DNA from: Octopus sinensis
Taxonomy: Eukaryota
Length of the DNA: 64,000 bases
Reading direction: 5' to 3'
Assembly: GCF_006345805.1 (NCBI RefSeq)
Contig: NC_043004.1
Coordinates: 86,738,001-86,802,000 of the forward strand
A program made the translations under genes and the position numbers. Within the stretch, counting starts at the first letter, position 1. Each line of letters starts with the position of its first letter. Positions 27,298 through 40,700 of this stretch are shown here, one piece after another. Below the pieces are notes generated by a model that made no database searches, was not told where the DNA came from, and saw nothing but the letters and a program-made list of their open reading frames with translations.

Positions 27298-27349
27298 ATG
27301 GGTGCTGAAGAAGGGGCGGAAACCCCTGAAATATAGTATGTACACCCAT
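27298..27349 (+). ncRNA. Type I hammerhead ribozyme, apparently complete
   Basis: Helix I ATGGGTG/CACCCAT (7 bp), core CTGAAGA, helix II AGGGG-CGGAAA-CCCCT, GAAA, helix III ATAT-AGT-ATGT, cleavage triplet GTA. Predicted cut after 27342. Confidence 0.8.
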
Positions 27350-27446
27350 AACTCATTTTTTAACTTCAATCTCACTGTTTATATCTGACGTTTCATATAC
27401 AAAACATAATAAAAATCAGTGCTGGCTATAATTTCTATAGAATATC

Positions 27447-28060
27447 TGGCCCCATGGGACAAAGTGGAGTTTTGGGCCTTATGGAGACAATGACCAAGAC
27501 GTTTGGCATTATATCGTGTTTGAGAAGAAGACCCATCAAGCCAAGCAAAATCGCAGATATCGGTGTCATGCAAATTGCACCCGTGCCAGTGGCACGTAGA
27601 AACATCCATTACACTCTCAGAGTGGTTGGCGTTAAGAAAGGCATCCAGCTGTAGAAAACTGTGCCAAATCAGAGTGGAGCCTGGCACAGCCTTCCAGCCA
27701 TCCAACCCATGCCAGCATGGACAACGGACATTAAATGATGATTGTCAAAAATTGTTCCATGAAATTGTTACATTGCCAAATAGTTGACTGATTTCAAAAC
27801 AAGCAAATTGCTATACATATGCAAACACTGAAAGTACATCTTCCCCTTTCATAAACAACAAAATACTTGAAACCTCAAAGTTGGAGCAACTTACAACTCC
27901 TCTACAACTTGTGACAACCCTGGCATTAGGAAGTACATACAGCTGTAGAAATCATAGCAAAACAAACAACTGGAGCCTAATACAGCCCTCTGGCTTGCCA
28001 GCTCCCATCAGATCATCCAACCCACGCCAGTATGGAAACTGGACGTTAGATGATGATGAT
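27447..28060 (+). mobile_element. RTE 3' fragment (27447-27742) and decayed RTE-tail SINE (27915-28060)
   Basis: Homologous to the 3' end of 19828-21746; GAT tails. Confidence 0.7.
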
Positions 28061-29989
28061 TGTCAAAAGGCCTTCCATAAGTAAACATATGCTGGGTATT
28101 GGAGCATACTACAAGTTAAGTACTTTACCTACAGTTGTCTCCTGCTGACAGTACCAATAATACCTTTTCCTGAACAAAGTTGAACTGCATTTATTCTAAA
28201 CTAATTTTGTTCCTAATCAGTTGTGCTATGACTAAAAGAAACTTTCATAACCTGATCAATCAACTTAATGCCTTCATAATTTCCTCTCCCTAATTCATTT
28301 TTACTCTTGTAACAGTTAATGAGGACACTGTTACCTTAGTGACTATAAGATGATTAACTATGCATGTGATGAGTACATGAACTAACCCTGCCCAATATTT
28401 TCTGCATTTCTGCAACTAAACCTGGAAGTCCAGCTACCTTCTCTACCTCATATTCTTAATCATTCTATCTACCATTCAGCAATCAACCTGATAGTTGATC
28501 CTTCTGTTGGGTCCACTAAGAATACGCCCCTCTCTCAGTGAATTTTACCTCATTTATCAGTATCTTATATTAGAAGTATGATACACACTTAGAAAGACTT
28601 GACAAAAGAATATAGCAGAGAGCATTACCAAACAGCTAGATACAAGACATACTTAGCTAAAAGAAAAAAGAAAGTAAAGAGTTCCCTACACGAGGATTTC
28701 AGGATTGAAGCACTTAGCTTATAGTATGCTCCTATACCTAGCATATGTTTATATATATAAGGCCTTTGACAATATTGCTAAACAGTCCACTGCTGATATT
28801 CTAGTGCTAAAAAGAGATCTGGTTTAGTTTTGAAAATGCTGCAAGTGGGTTTATCACAAGTGATATAAGAGTGACAAATTCACCAACTTCTAGGCCCCTT
28901 TAGGCCTCTTTATTTTCAGTATCAGTGAGAAAAAATGTGCTACGATCATTTTAAAAACATTTCTCCCTACAATGTCCCGAGGACACTATTTTTCAATCCT
29001 GCACTCTTCACAATTAATTCCTTACTTTCTGTTTCTCTTCTAAGTATACCTTGTATCCAGCTTCTGTTCTAGCTACTTGGTCAACGCTCTCTATTACATC
29101 CTTTCTTCTAATCTTTCCAAGTATGTATCATATATAAGTTCTGTAATGTAAATGACCTAACCAGGAAAGAGAAGTCAGTCATCTGATCACCTACCTACCA
29201 ATTAGGCAAACACACAAGATAAACTTTAGTAACCAGGAAACAGAATATGCAACTAGTAGTGAACACTATAAACTTCCCTTGCAAAAAACAGACAACTCAA
29301 CATTAACTAGTGATCAACAAACTCAGGATCAGATGTAGACAAGATATGGAAGCTGAAAGATTCCTCAACCAGATATTGCTCCAAAGAAGTTCTGGTTGAT
29401 ATGCAAGACTTAGAACATACAAGATAATTGGAAGTTTTTACAAAACAACCAATTGTAATCATCGGATCAGATAATGGATAGAACAAGCATCATGCAGACA
29501 GGTGATATGGTGATGGAATGGTTGAGTAGATTAATCCTAAACACAAAAAGACAGTCCTAATAAGTGGGGAGAGAAAAAAGAACCACATCAAATGAAGAAG
29601 CTGAATATAAAGTATGTTGAGCATGGAAACATGTTGAAAGTTAGATCCAAGAGCAGTGTATAAAGAATGAATCTGGCACACTTGTCCTCACTGATGCAAA
29701 AAAATCTTGGAAATGTTGAGAAGTTGCATATGAGAGAAAGGGATTCAATAGCTAGCCTCAGAGAGACCAGCTATTGTAGTAATAGCAATTAAAGCATCAT
29801 CAGGGATAGGTACTAGGAGTGAAAATGGTCAGCAATTTGGAACATACATTAATCACTCATACAAATAACCTAATAGTAAATGTGTCATACCCAAACAGTG
29901 TCACCAACCACTACAAAGCTAAAATGAGTCCTCTAACTAAAGAATTTTTTTTTAAATGTGTATGTGCCTGTGTGTATATATCATAATTC

Positions 29990-31230
29990 TAATGTCCACT
30001 TTTCCATACTTGCATGAGTTAGATGCAATTCACTGAAGCAGAGTTTCAACAGCTAGATATTCTTCCTATCACCAACTCTTATCCATTCCTCTAATCCTTC
30101 AAACATAAACAGCTCAATAACTAGATAGATTTTCAAGGAAGGCTGCAAACAAACACTACCACTTGTATGATGATGGCATTTGTTTAGTGAGCATACACTG
30201 TCCAAACAAGGAGATATACTCACGCCCACACACATATAAATACATACAAGATCCTTTTAGCTTCCATTGACCAAATCCACTCACAGGGTTTTAGTCCACC
30301 AGGGGCTAGAGTAGCAACACTTGCCCAAGGAGCTGTGCAGTGGGATTGAACTTCAAACCACATGATTGCAAAGTGAACTTCTTAACCATACAACCATGTC
30401 TGAATTGTATGTGTATATACATACATAATCATCATCATCAACTAGCATCCATGTTTCATGTCAGCATGGGCTAAACATTTTTATAATCTGATAGGTCCAA
30501 GGACTGCATCACACTGCAGCATCTGCTTTGGCACAGTTTCTTCGCTGGTTGCCCTTGCTAATGCCTATATAATTCACACACACATATGTATGCATATATC
30601 TTTAACCAACATTGTTTAACGTCTGTTTTCCATGCTGGCATGGGTTGGATGGTTTGACTGGGGACTGGCAAGCCAGGAGGTTGCACCAGGCTCCAATTTG
30701 ATCTGGCTGTGTTTCTACAGTTAGATGCCCTTCCTAACACCAACCACACCGAAAGTGTAGTGGATGCTTTTTACATGCCACTGGCATGAGATCAAGTCAG
30801 GTGGCACTGGCATCGGCCACTTTTGGATGGTGTTTTTTACATACTACTGGCACAGGAGCCAGTCGAGGTGGGGAGGCTGGCATCTACCACATTCAGATGG
30901 TGCTTTTTATGTGCCACTGATACAAGGAGCCAGTCAGGTGACACTAGCAACGACCCACATATGCATGGTGCTTATTGCGTGCCACCAGCATGGGAGTCAG
31001 TCAGGTGGCACTGTAATTGGCCACAACTACAATTTCCATTTGATTATGATTTGATTTTACTTGACTCAATAGGTCTCCTCAAACACGGAATGTTGTCTGA
31101 CAATTCAAAGGTACTTTCCAAATGGGCTGATTATGTTGACACTGGTGCAGGCTACGGCTGTGATCTCACTTTACTTGCCAGGTCTTCTCAATCACAGTAT
31201 ATCTGCAGAGGTCTCGGTCTTTTCACCAAT
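29990..31230 (-). mobile_element. Composite SINE (29990-30400) and RTE 3'UTR fragments (30430-31230)
   Basis: Reverse complements of the 19290 and 31800 composite; collinear with 19830-20430. Confidence 0.75.
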
Positions 31231-31799
31231 ACATATTGGCAAAGCATATATATCAGTAAGAAAACTTAAATAATGATTTATGAAAAGGGTCCCATAATGT
31301 ATTATTTTCCAACTGAGCTAGATGTTCCCTTATCTTGCATCAGAAATACAATGAAATAGTCGCTATAATATAAAATTTACAAAGCTTTTGTGTAGGAAAG
31401 TAATGAAATGCTAAATATTTTATGAAATTTTAAACCTGATTACCTTACAAAATTTCAGTTAAAATTTATCTATAACAGAAGGGGAAAATTCCCTTCAAAA
31501 TCAAATTATTCAGTAATAACCTTACAACCATAAGCTATTCTATATGAAAGTAAACACACACATACATACAAAACTACTGACCCGAAGAGAAATTATTTTT
31601 TATATTTTAAACACAGAGAACATTTTTTTTTTAATATAATGAAGGTCATAGGCAAGGTGACATAATTATTAAAACATTAAACGTGTTAATAAAATATATG
31701 TAACACTTAAAAAAAAAAGCAGATTTGAAATATAACCCAGTTTTACAATGGATGGAGGTTATGTAAATAAATTCAAACTTACTCTTTTTACACACACAC

Positions 31800-32280
31800 A
31801 GGTAGGGACATAGCTGTGTAGTGAAGATTGTTTCCTAACCATGCGGTTTCAAGTTCAGTCCTACTGCATGGCATCTTTGGCATGTAACTTCAACTGTAAC
31901 CACAGGTCAGCCAAAGCCCTGTGAATGGATTTGGCAGATGGAAACTCAAAGCCCAACATGTATGTACATAGATACGCATATGTGTGTGCATGAGTTCATA
32001 TTTCTCGTGTCTTTACACAAAGTTGTAAAGAATGGCACCACTGACTACACTTGTTTACTTGCAGTCCACTGCCAAAGCATGTCCAGACTTTTCGACATAT
32101 TGCATGATCTCCCTGTAAACATGTCCAGGTTGTTTGTTATTCAAAAAACAGATTATCTCACTTGGAAACAAGTGGAGGTTGGTAACATAAAGGGCATCCA
32201 CCCATAAAAAAACTCTACCTTGACATATTCTCATCAAACCCATACAATGCATTGATAAATAGATGTTAAAACGATGATGA
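31800..32280 (+). mobile_element. Composite SINE: tRNA head, body, RTE tail
   Basis: Same layout as 19290-19710, ending gatgttaaaacgatgatga. Confidence 0.75.
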
Positions 32281-33714
32281 TACATACACAAACATATTTG
32301 CAGATACTTCAAAATTTAGTTTTCATTCACCTACATTTCTCAAGTTAAAAAAAAGATAATATAAGTTTAGGTGCATTAAGATAAATTTAACTGTACATGT
32401 TTTTAAACTTCAAGTGAGGATAATTTTAATTATTGAATTTTACAAATCTATAGTAATACCTAACTGATTACAAATCAGTGCTAATCTTATCCAAAATTAA
32501 TTACAGAAATTTTTTTTTAAATTGTTTTCAATTCTTTTTGTATTTCAGTCCTATACTTTCCAAATATAATTACTACAAAACAATATTATCAGTGCTTTTA
32601 GGCACATGTCATTCACAAAATTTTGTTTGTTGTATTTTTTCTAAAATACCTACCTGGCTGCACTGGTTAGTTATTCTCCCTAGAAAACTACTTTTATTTC
32701 TCCAAATATGAAATATTTCTCTTGAGGATAACATCTTGTTTTAAATAACGAAAAAATAGTGAACATTATATTTATTGAACCAAGTCATGTATTTCTCCCT
32801 TTTACCCAATGAGCCAATTATCCCTCTTGCTCCAACCCTTACAAAAAGATTATGAGAAACAGCATCTTATATCAACTATGGCCAAGAAAATGAACCCTGA
32901 CATCTCACTTGGAGCATAGAGGATCTCAGCTTTCTTAAACTGTCTCCTCTTCCCCCAGTAATATATGCATTTTTTCTTCATTTTTATATCTTCCATGTTC
33001 TAACATCTTAGTAACAAAACTCCAATCAAATTGTAAGATATAGATACATTTAGAACTACTTCTCAAGCTTTTCAACTACTGCCCCTTATACAAGAGAAAT
33101 GTTTCCAGGTAGTATCTTGATGTAAGTGACTGCTTATCATAGCACCTCTCATCTATAAACAAATGTTTGATGCATCACCATTTAATCTTAGTTACTGACC
33201 AAATCTTTAGCATGTAACTTTTGCCAAACCCAGGCTCTTATTCTTTATGCCTCCTATATACCATGCATAACTACCAGTTCATTCAGATTTATAATTGTAT
33301 TTTCTGTATCAGTGCAATTGTATTTTCTGTATCTGTATCATTTTCTTTTACCAGCACATTTTCAATGTCCCCTTGCAACAATTAAATGTCCTCCATCCTC
33401 CTTTTTAATGACCATACTATATCAGACTAGTAGTTGAGTTCCAGGTACTATCTTGATATGGCTAAATACTTAATACCACCTTACTATAAATACTTCTTGC
33501 TTTAAGGCATCAGTTCTTCGACCTTAGTTATTGATACAACCTTTAGCACAAGGCTCTGGGGTCACATGCTAAAGTATGCATTCTTTGTGCTTAATTTATG
33601 TATATACACAAGTATGTACCCATATAAGCTACCAGTTATAGTTATATATTTTTTGTTTATACACACATGTTGATTGTTTATGTGAGAGCAGAGACCTATC
33701 TGTGTGTGCGTGTG

Positions 33715-33755
<41 letters not shown>

Positions 33756-34258
33756 GGCACATTAAGATTAAAATACACTCAAGCAGGTATCTATGCATAC
33801 TCGAGCACACACAATCAGAATGTTACCTAATCTTACAGATACAGTGACCATCTTTAATGCAGGTATGGAAGTACCTGTAAATTCTGTCAATGTCTTTTAA
33901 ATTCATCACTAATAATTTCCATGTAGAAGTGGTAAATATATATATATATTCAATTTTGTTTATCTAATTATTTGTCTGTCATCATTAATGATGGTATTAT
34001 TATTGTTGTGATTAATAAGCAGTTTATGATATTACATTTAAAATTTTCTTTCAATATTCAAATTGGTGACAAAGACTATAAAAAACTTTACAGATGCCTC
34101 TATTCTCCTCCTCTTCACTATTCTACAGTCCCCGTTGTACTTGATACTTTATAAAATTTTTCACTGCCTTTCCTCCAGGGAATGGTGCCACCCACTTTTT
34201 GAAGTGCTGATTCAGAATATCACAATGTTGCAAACTAAATATAAAGTATTTATTTTAA

Positions 34259-34458
34259 CCCTTTTGTTACCAAATTTTTGTGGAAATAGTCTTTGTTTCA
34301 ATTAATATAGAAAATAATGAAGAATTTAGTAAAATAACTGTCATTATTAAGCTGAAGCCTGGAACAAATTAACATTAAATATTTTAATTTAAATCACTTT
34401 AAAACAGGAACATTATATTGCAGAGCCAGGCAGTTTGGGCCAGGTTGGTATTAAAAAG
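34259..34458. mobile_element. piggyBac-like MITE
   Basis: TTAA-CCCTTTTGTTACCA ... TGGTATTAAAAAG-TTAA. Confidence 0.55.
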
Positions 34459-34849
34459 TTAAATTTAGTTTCAACATGAAATAAAAAGAAAAATTAAATA
34501 TTACCAAGTGAAATTTTTACTGAAGGAATTGTAGACAAACAATTCCAATCAGAATCTGACTTGAAATTATATATTTCTTTTCCAATAACCTTGAAATTAC
34601 ATAATGATACACCGATAAGAAAAATCAGAGCTCTACTCATTAAAAAATTATTTTTTGCTTGACCTAATAAGCACTTTCATTCAGATATACCATAAAAGAT
34701 TTACAAAATAGTAGCACCCATTTCTCAATCAAAAGTAAAAGTAATTATACCATAACCACTCATTATTAAAGTACATTTCCAACAAGGTTTTTAAAAATAT
34801 AAATTTCTCATTAAATATAACTCCAACTAATGAATAACTATGACTTTAT

Positions 34850-35002
34850 AAGTAATGGCTGTTACCACCTCAATGTGGTTGTTCCGTAAAGAACAATGTT
34901 TCTACTCTTTTTAACCCCAGGAGGTGTCTGTCCTCCAGGGAATAAAAATAGTAATATTGTTCTTTATGGAAAACCACTTTGAGGTGGTAACAGCCATTAC
35001 TT
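34850..35002. repeat. ~150-bp palindromic (hairpin) element
   Basis: aagtaatggctgttaccacctcaa...aaagaacaat...ggag pairs with ctcc...attgttcttt...ttgaggtggtaacagccattactt. Confidence 0.8.
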
Positions 35003-35734
35003 TTCAGTAGGGTTACTAATTGCATCTCATATAGATTTTAGCACTAGCTACTTTGGTTATGATTTTATAAATAATTCAAGTTAAATTAGATGGAACTGTG
35101 TGAAGGATTCTTCATTTGACAAATGAAATTATGAAATAATGGAAGAATATGAAATTACAGTAACTATACAATCAGTTAGTCTAAAAATCACAAACCAAAT
35201 AATTTTTTTAACACCAACTGATATGTGTGTGTAGACTTTAATATCAATTATTACTTTATTGCAAGACATAATAATCAAACTGGCATAAATGGATTCACAT
35301 AAAATAAACTCTAATAAGAGACACAAAAATAAAATCTAAGTTATATTTTACCATGGAAATCTGGAAATAATACTGATAAATAACCACACAAAATTAAGAC
35401 CACCAACTGACTAAATTACCTTACCTAACAGGCATCTCTCTAAAAAAAATTCTCAAAATATACAGAAAAATTATTAAAACCAAGCTGGACACATGGTCGA
35501 CAAATTAAGAACCTAGGAGAAAGGTGAAAATTGTGCAGAATATAGCATGTTCACAGAGATATAGAATAACAATTACATTTTAAATAAGGAAACAAAGTTG
35601 ATTTGTAGAAACAGTTGTATTTACAGCTAATTCTCATTGTGTTTGAGGAGGAAATGTATAGACTCTGTATTGACTGATCTTGAGGTACATAAAGTCTTAA
35701 ATTTATATTTAAACAAAAACTTATCTTGTATTAC

Positions 35735-35912
35735 AGTTTATGTGCTGGTGGCATGTAAAAGACACCCAACAAATTTAAGTGGTTGGCATTAGGAAGGGTA
35801 TCCAGCTATAGAAACCATGCCATAACAAACAATTGGAGTGTGGGCAACTCCATGTCAAACCACCCAACCTATGCCAGCATGGAAAGTGGATATTAAATGA
35901 TGGTGGTGATGA
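35735..35912 (+). mobile_element. RTE-tail SINE
   Basis: Same motif set as 26035-26226. Confidence 0.75.
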
Positions 35913-36166
35913 CAAATTTTCTGACTCTCTTTCAGTCACACATTTCTACAAGTAACATCAATAAAATCCCTGCAAAGTTTTCAAGGATTGAGCATTTATT
36001 TTTAATGTCAGAATAAGTGCAAAGCTTTAAAGAGCTAAGCATCATCTTTGTTACATCAGAATAAGGTAATTACAAGTGAGAAATGTCAACTATCTCAACC
36101 AATCAATGTGTACAAACAAATTAATACATTAAATTTATGACTTCTTTCAATCTAATTCCTCACTGC

Positions 36167-36528
36167 TCAAACTAAATGATTGCAGCGTGGAAGATGTTTA
36201 TAAGCCATTTAAGAAACACACAAAACCGTTAGATTCACTTCAACATTTAAATTTAATTTGTCAAAATATTTTCGTCGTTTTGAGACCGCGACCTGTTCAC
36301 TGACAAAGCTTAGACAAGAGATGCAGCACGAAGCTTTGTCAGTGAACAGGTCGCGGTCTCAGAGCAACAAAATATTTTAACAAATTAAATTTAAATGTTG
36401 AAGTGAATCGAACGGTTTTGTGTTTCTTAAATGGCTTATAAACACCTTCCACGCTGCAATTGTTTTCGTTCCAGGACACGATCTCAGATCAAGTCACTCG
36501 CTATGCAAGTACATCAAACTAAATGATT
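36167..36528. mobile_element. Long-hairpin insertion with a 15-bp flanking direct repeat
   Basis: Arms 36179-36311 and 36331-36460, a 19-nt loop, and a ~53-bp unpaired tail. TCAAACTAAATGATT occurs at 36167-36181 and 36514-36528. Confidence 0.8.
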
Positions 36529-37163
36529 ACAAATTAATTCTAGCAGAAAAAAAGCATTGAGTAACATGAAACTGGTATGAATAATCTTCTCCCCTATTAA
36601 GACTGTTGGTAGTTGTCAAAGTTCCCTTTAATCTGCAGCGGTCGAGAGATTTTTGGTATTCCTTGTCAAAACTATTGATATATCCTTGTGAATTGTTCTC
36701 TTCCTAACAAATGGTGTTGCCAGTAGGGTCCAAATTAGTGCTGACTGAGACTGACATTGTTGAAGCATAATTTGCTGCCACATTAAGAACAAAGATATTG
36801 AAAGATAATGATGAATGTTATAGCCCAAAGGAGATCATGAATGATTTTTATAAAAGGCTAGCAGTGAAACTATACTATAGATGACAATGATTCACTTAAA
36901 GCAACTAGAAGACATATTTCAATGAGGTAAATGAGACTATATATAATGGATAATTTAAAGTATAAAATGTTGGTCATTGGCAAACCAATTTTGTTTTATA
37001 TCACATCAAAAGTAGTTTGAGCCTATAGCAAAATTCTTGCATCATCTTGGCAATGGGTCTCAGTATTGTGAGCTTGATAAGGTTGATCAAGGTGACTAGA
37101 GTATCAAAGATTAACTAATATAAATGCGACTCATTGAAAGCATATATCTGATATTCTTTAGAT

Positions 37164-37709
37164 CAGTGGTTCTCAGAATTTTTATTCCAACATACCCCTT
37201 CATCATGTCCAGCAGTGTTGGTGTACTCTATGCGAAAAATATAATGTAAAATGGTTCAATATCACAGAACAGACGATATAAAAAGTTCAAATTCCACTAT
37301 AGTCAACTTTGCCTTTCTTCCTTCCAGGATAAATAAAAGCAGTAATCAAGTACTGAGATCAATATAATCAAAATCTCAAAATTTCTGACCCTATACTTCT
37401 GAAAGAAATCAATTTCATTTAATTTTATCTTATATTTTTACTAAGAAGGATCCACTTGACACTTTCTAATGATTAAATTGCAGACACCCTCACATATTCT
37501 GTAATTGACAACCTGTAAGGAATTTGTTTTTGGTTATAAACTATGTTGAAAACCTTTCATAACAAGTGGATGGGAACAGCAAAAGACTACACATTTTCTA
37601 GATACACAATTTGTGTTTAGTTGGTAGTGATTACTTGAGAATTCCAGTATTGTACTATCTCATGTACCTCCATATTTTTTCTTGTGTACCATGGTTTGAA
37701 AACTCCTTG
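37164..37709. mobile_element. Non-autonomous hAT (Charlie-like) element
   Basis: Starts CAGTGGTTCTCA and ends tttgaaaactccttg. An identical 8-bp TSD CTTTAGAT lies at 37156-37163 and 37710-37717. Confidence 0.7.
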
Positions 37710-38499
37710 CTTTAGATCAAAGATGTAGTTTGTAAATACATCACTTGATGCACACATGAATTTCAGAGCAGGAAATGACATTTCTCATGAAATAAAGCCT
37801 AAAATAGCTGATGTGCATGTATATGATGAAAATATTTTCTCAAAATTTTACAGTTATGTTTATTAAAAATAAATGCCATACAATTGGAAAGCTAGAGAAA
37901 TTGTTTGACAAAAAGAACCACTTTCAACTATTAATTCTTTTTTTAAAAATGTAGAATATGCTGAACTTCATAAATTAATGATGAAAGACCTGACACAGAA
38001 ATAAGTGTATACTATAAGGCAAGAAAAGAACTACCTTACCTAAAATTAAAACTGAATGTCAGTTAGGGTATGCAAATCAATCCCAGCAGTGAGGTTACCC
38101 TAATTTCAAAAACTTTTGGATACTCATTGGACAATTCTAACTTGTCAAAAGTTACTTATGCTTTTGCCAGTTTAACTGAACAGTGAAGCCTTTTTAAGGT
38201 ACTCTAGAGACAGAAATTCGATTTAAACGAGTAGTCAGAGACTGTGATAAAAGTACTAGTCTTGTTAGAACTAATATACTAAACATTGACAGAAGATTAA
38301 TTAACCATCAAGCCTGACAAAGATACAGATATGCTGAAAAAAAAAAAAAGGGCCAATATTAATCACCATCACCCTCCACTTTTATATGGTGACATAAGTT
38401 GGACAAGTTTTCTAAGACTGTTTTATGGCTGCATGCTATGAAGCCAGTACTAAATTGAAAGAAAATGAACAACCTTTATATTTTGTAACTGGTAAACTA

Positions 38500-40700
38500 A
38501 TTTATATTTTCCCAATAGTAATTGTAATGGTTGAACAAGGTATATCAGAGGATGGTTCACTTGAAAATAGCAGCTAGGTATTACCTATTCTAGTGGTGAC
38601 TACAAGGCAGTGTTAATCACAAGATCCAATGAACTCTCAGGCATTACTTGGGATGGAATCTTTCGCAAAATTACATCACCAAGGTGCATACAACCCAGAG
38701 ATGGACAGCAATATGTTAATGCATAAAAATACAAAGTCTATTTTTCCATGTATACTAGAAAATACCTTGAGTGGCAACATAAATACTCTATTATGAAAAG
38801 TTTTCAGACAACTACCATGAAAGAAATCTGATGTGGATGGATGAAAGACAGTCACAATCATTAAATGAGAAGAATATGCCATTCACAAGATATCACTTGT
38901 AGGACATTACATTTCAAAGGAAGCTGTTTCTCCATAATGACAGTTGATCAAGAAGCTATTAGGTTTCTCTAGTTTCTAGTAAGAAAGAATTTGAATCTGT
39001 TTTTGTATTAGTTAATTTTTTTATGGATGACATTCGATAAAATATTCTGAAACGGTCGAACCTTTTGTGAAATTGTGCAAACAAGTTGAATTTGGTTGGA
39101 CAAAATGTTCAGTAAAAGCTATTCAATAATTTAAAAAGGGCTCTTGCTGAGATCTTGATGTGAGGACGTTTGATGTTAATAAAGACATCACATTTACAGC
39201 AAATGCTACTGAGTAGTCTGTAACAGGAATTTGTCTGTGGATAACTACTCAGTTATATTTTTTTTTTATCAAAGTTATCACTACTGCACCTAATTATTCA
39301 AATATTGAGAGAAAAGGCTTTAACAATTGAGTGGACCACAAACTACTCTTCATTTTTAACTGGTAGGAAATTTCTGCTTACATATTAATCATGGACCTCT
39401 CTTATCTTAAATAATGCAAGACCACTCACAGGTTACACTTTCAAAGATACTGAGGTGTACTATACAGCTGACAGCATTTGATTTTTATATTACATGCGAG
39501 AAAAATTTAATTCCTCTACACCGACATGTTCTCAGTTACATTTTTGAGTGCAATTGTAGGATACTAACTTGGATAATAATAGTTACAGACACTGGAGAGG
39601 AATTAATGTGTTGCACTGTGATAGCCTGCATGATCTGATTAGGCAAAATCATTTTTAGAATTAAAAATATCAGAAGTAACTGTTCTGATACTGAAAGACC
39701 TTATAAGATGTCAAACATAGATTAACTCTAGAATATAGCATTCTTTACAATAATTTGTCCTGCCTCAAGGGTCCAAGAAGCAAATCAAAGTGTTCATGAC
39801 AATGTCCACAGTTAACACTATTAAATGCAATTACCTGAGCATAGTAGCTTGGCTTTCATATATCAAGGACTACAGATGTCCAAAATTTACAAAGACAAAA
39901 TCTTTTCTAAAGAACAAGTTTCATTTATGGCCCAAAATAATGGAAACCTGACCTCATATACCTATGTATTATTCTCTTGTTAATGGTATCAGATTAATGC
40001 TTATCACAGTGTATTCTTTTTCAGAGTTACCAGAGGCTACTCATGTTCCTGATAGAAAGAGTTTCACAATAAACATGTCTTACAAGTATTTTTTCTGAAA
40101 ATGGTAAACCAAATATTTTGATGGCAAGCATCACCCTTGAATATTTCATAGCAATAATCTGTTCCTGGAAACAGAAAATTGAATGCATTTCTTAAATACA
40201 ATCCCTTATATCATCTGCAATCAAAAGGATTGCAGAATAAACGGTGGTTAAAGCTCTCACTTTTGCCCCCACCACCACCACCATCCCACCAGACAGTTAA
40301 ATGTAGTATTCTTCATGCTAATAGGCCAAATAGTCCTGCACTAATGGGTGGGTGGTAATTTATCACCCTCGACTATATCCTATTCTACAGATGAGCAGGT
40401 GTGGTCAAAAAAAGTATTGGTTCAACACCAAAAATTGCAAACTTGGCAATGTTAGCAACTGAGCAGACAACATAGGGTCAAGAAGACATTTTGGCTTGTC
40501 AAGGACATGACAACCTCTCTGATATAATACACCCAATACACAATGTAAAGAAGTCGGTTACAGAAGAACATCTAGTTCTAGAACTAAAACCAAAAACTGA
40601 AACTTACAAGGAAGACATTGTCCCTCTGACCCCCTTTATGAAGGTAGTAAATCCATATAAGGACCAAAATGGACTGTGATGACCATCTAGACTACACTAG
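38500..40700 (+). mobile_element. Decayed Ty3/Gypsy pol (RT-RNaseH-integrase), antisense to WAC
   Basis: Remnants in Gypsy order: GDYK..VN (38595), KYSETVEP (39040), NYSNIER and FLTGRKFLL (39290-39380), IQLTAFDF.I (39460), KVFMT/SVHDNVH zinc-finger region (39790), LITVYSFSELPE (40000), PLYHLQSKGL (=PYHPQSNGL, 40203). No LTRs recognised. Confidence 0.78.

Larger units (their letters stand above)
26448..27440. mobile_element. Fold-back element with ~190-bp inverted arms, each containing a hammerhead ribozyme (Penelope-like derivative)
   Basis: 26448-26638 is the imperfect reverse complement of 27257-27440. An inner inverted repeat lies at 26668-26711/26768-26811, and a SINE is inserted at 26815-27220. 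Confidence 0.8.

Noticed and set aside
32700-33560. Possible L1/Tx1-type endonuclease remnant (minus-strand HLIVA.GD)
   Set aside because: A single frameshifted motif; too decayed to call.
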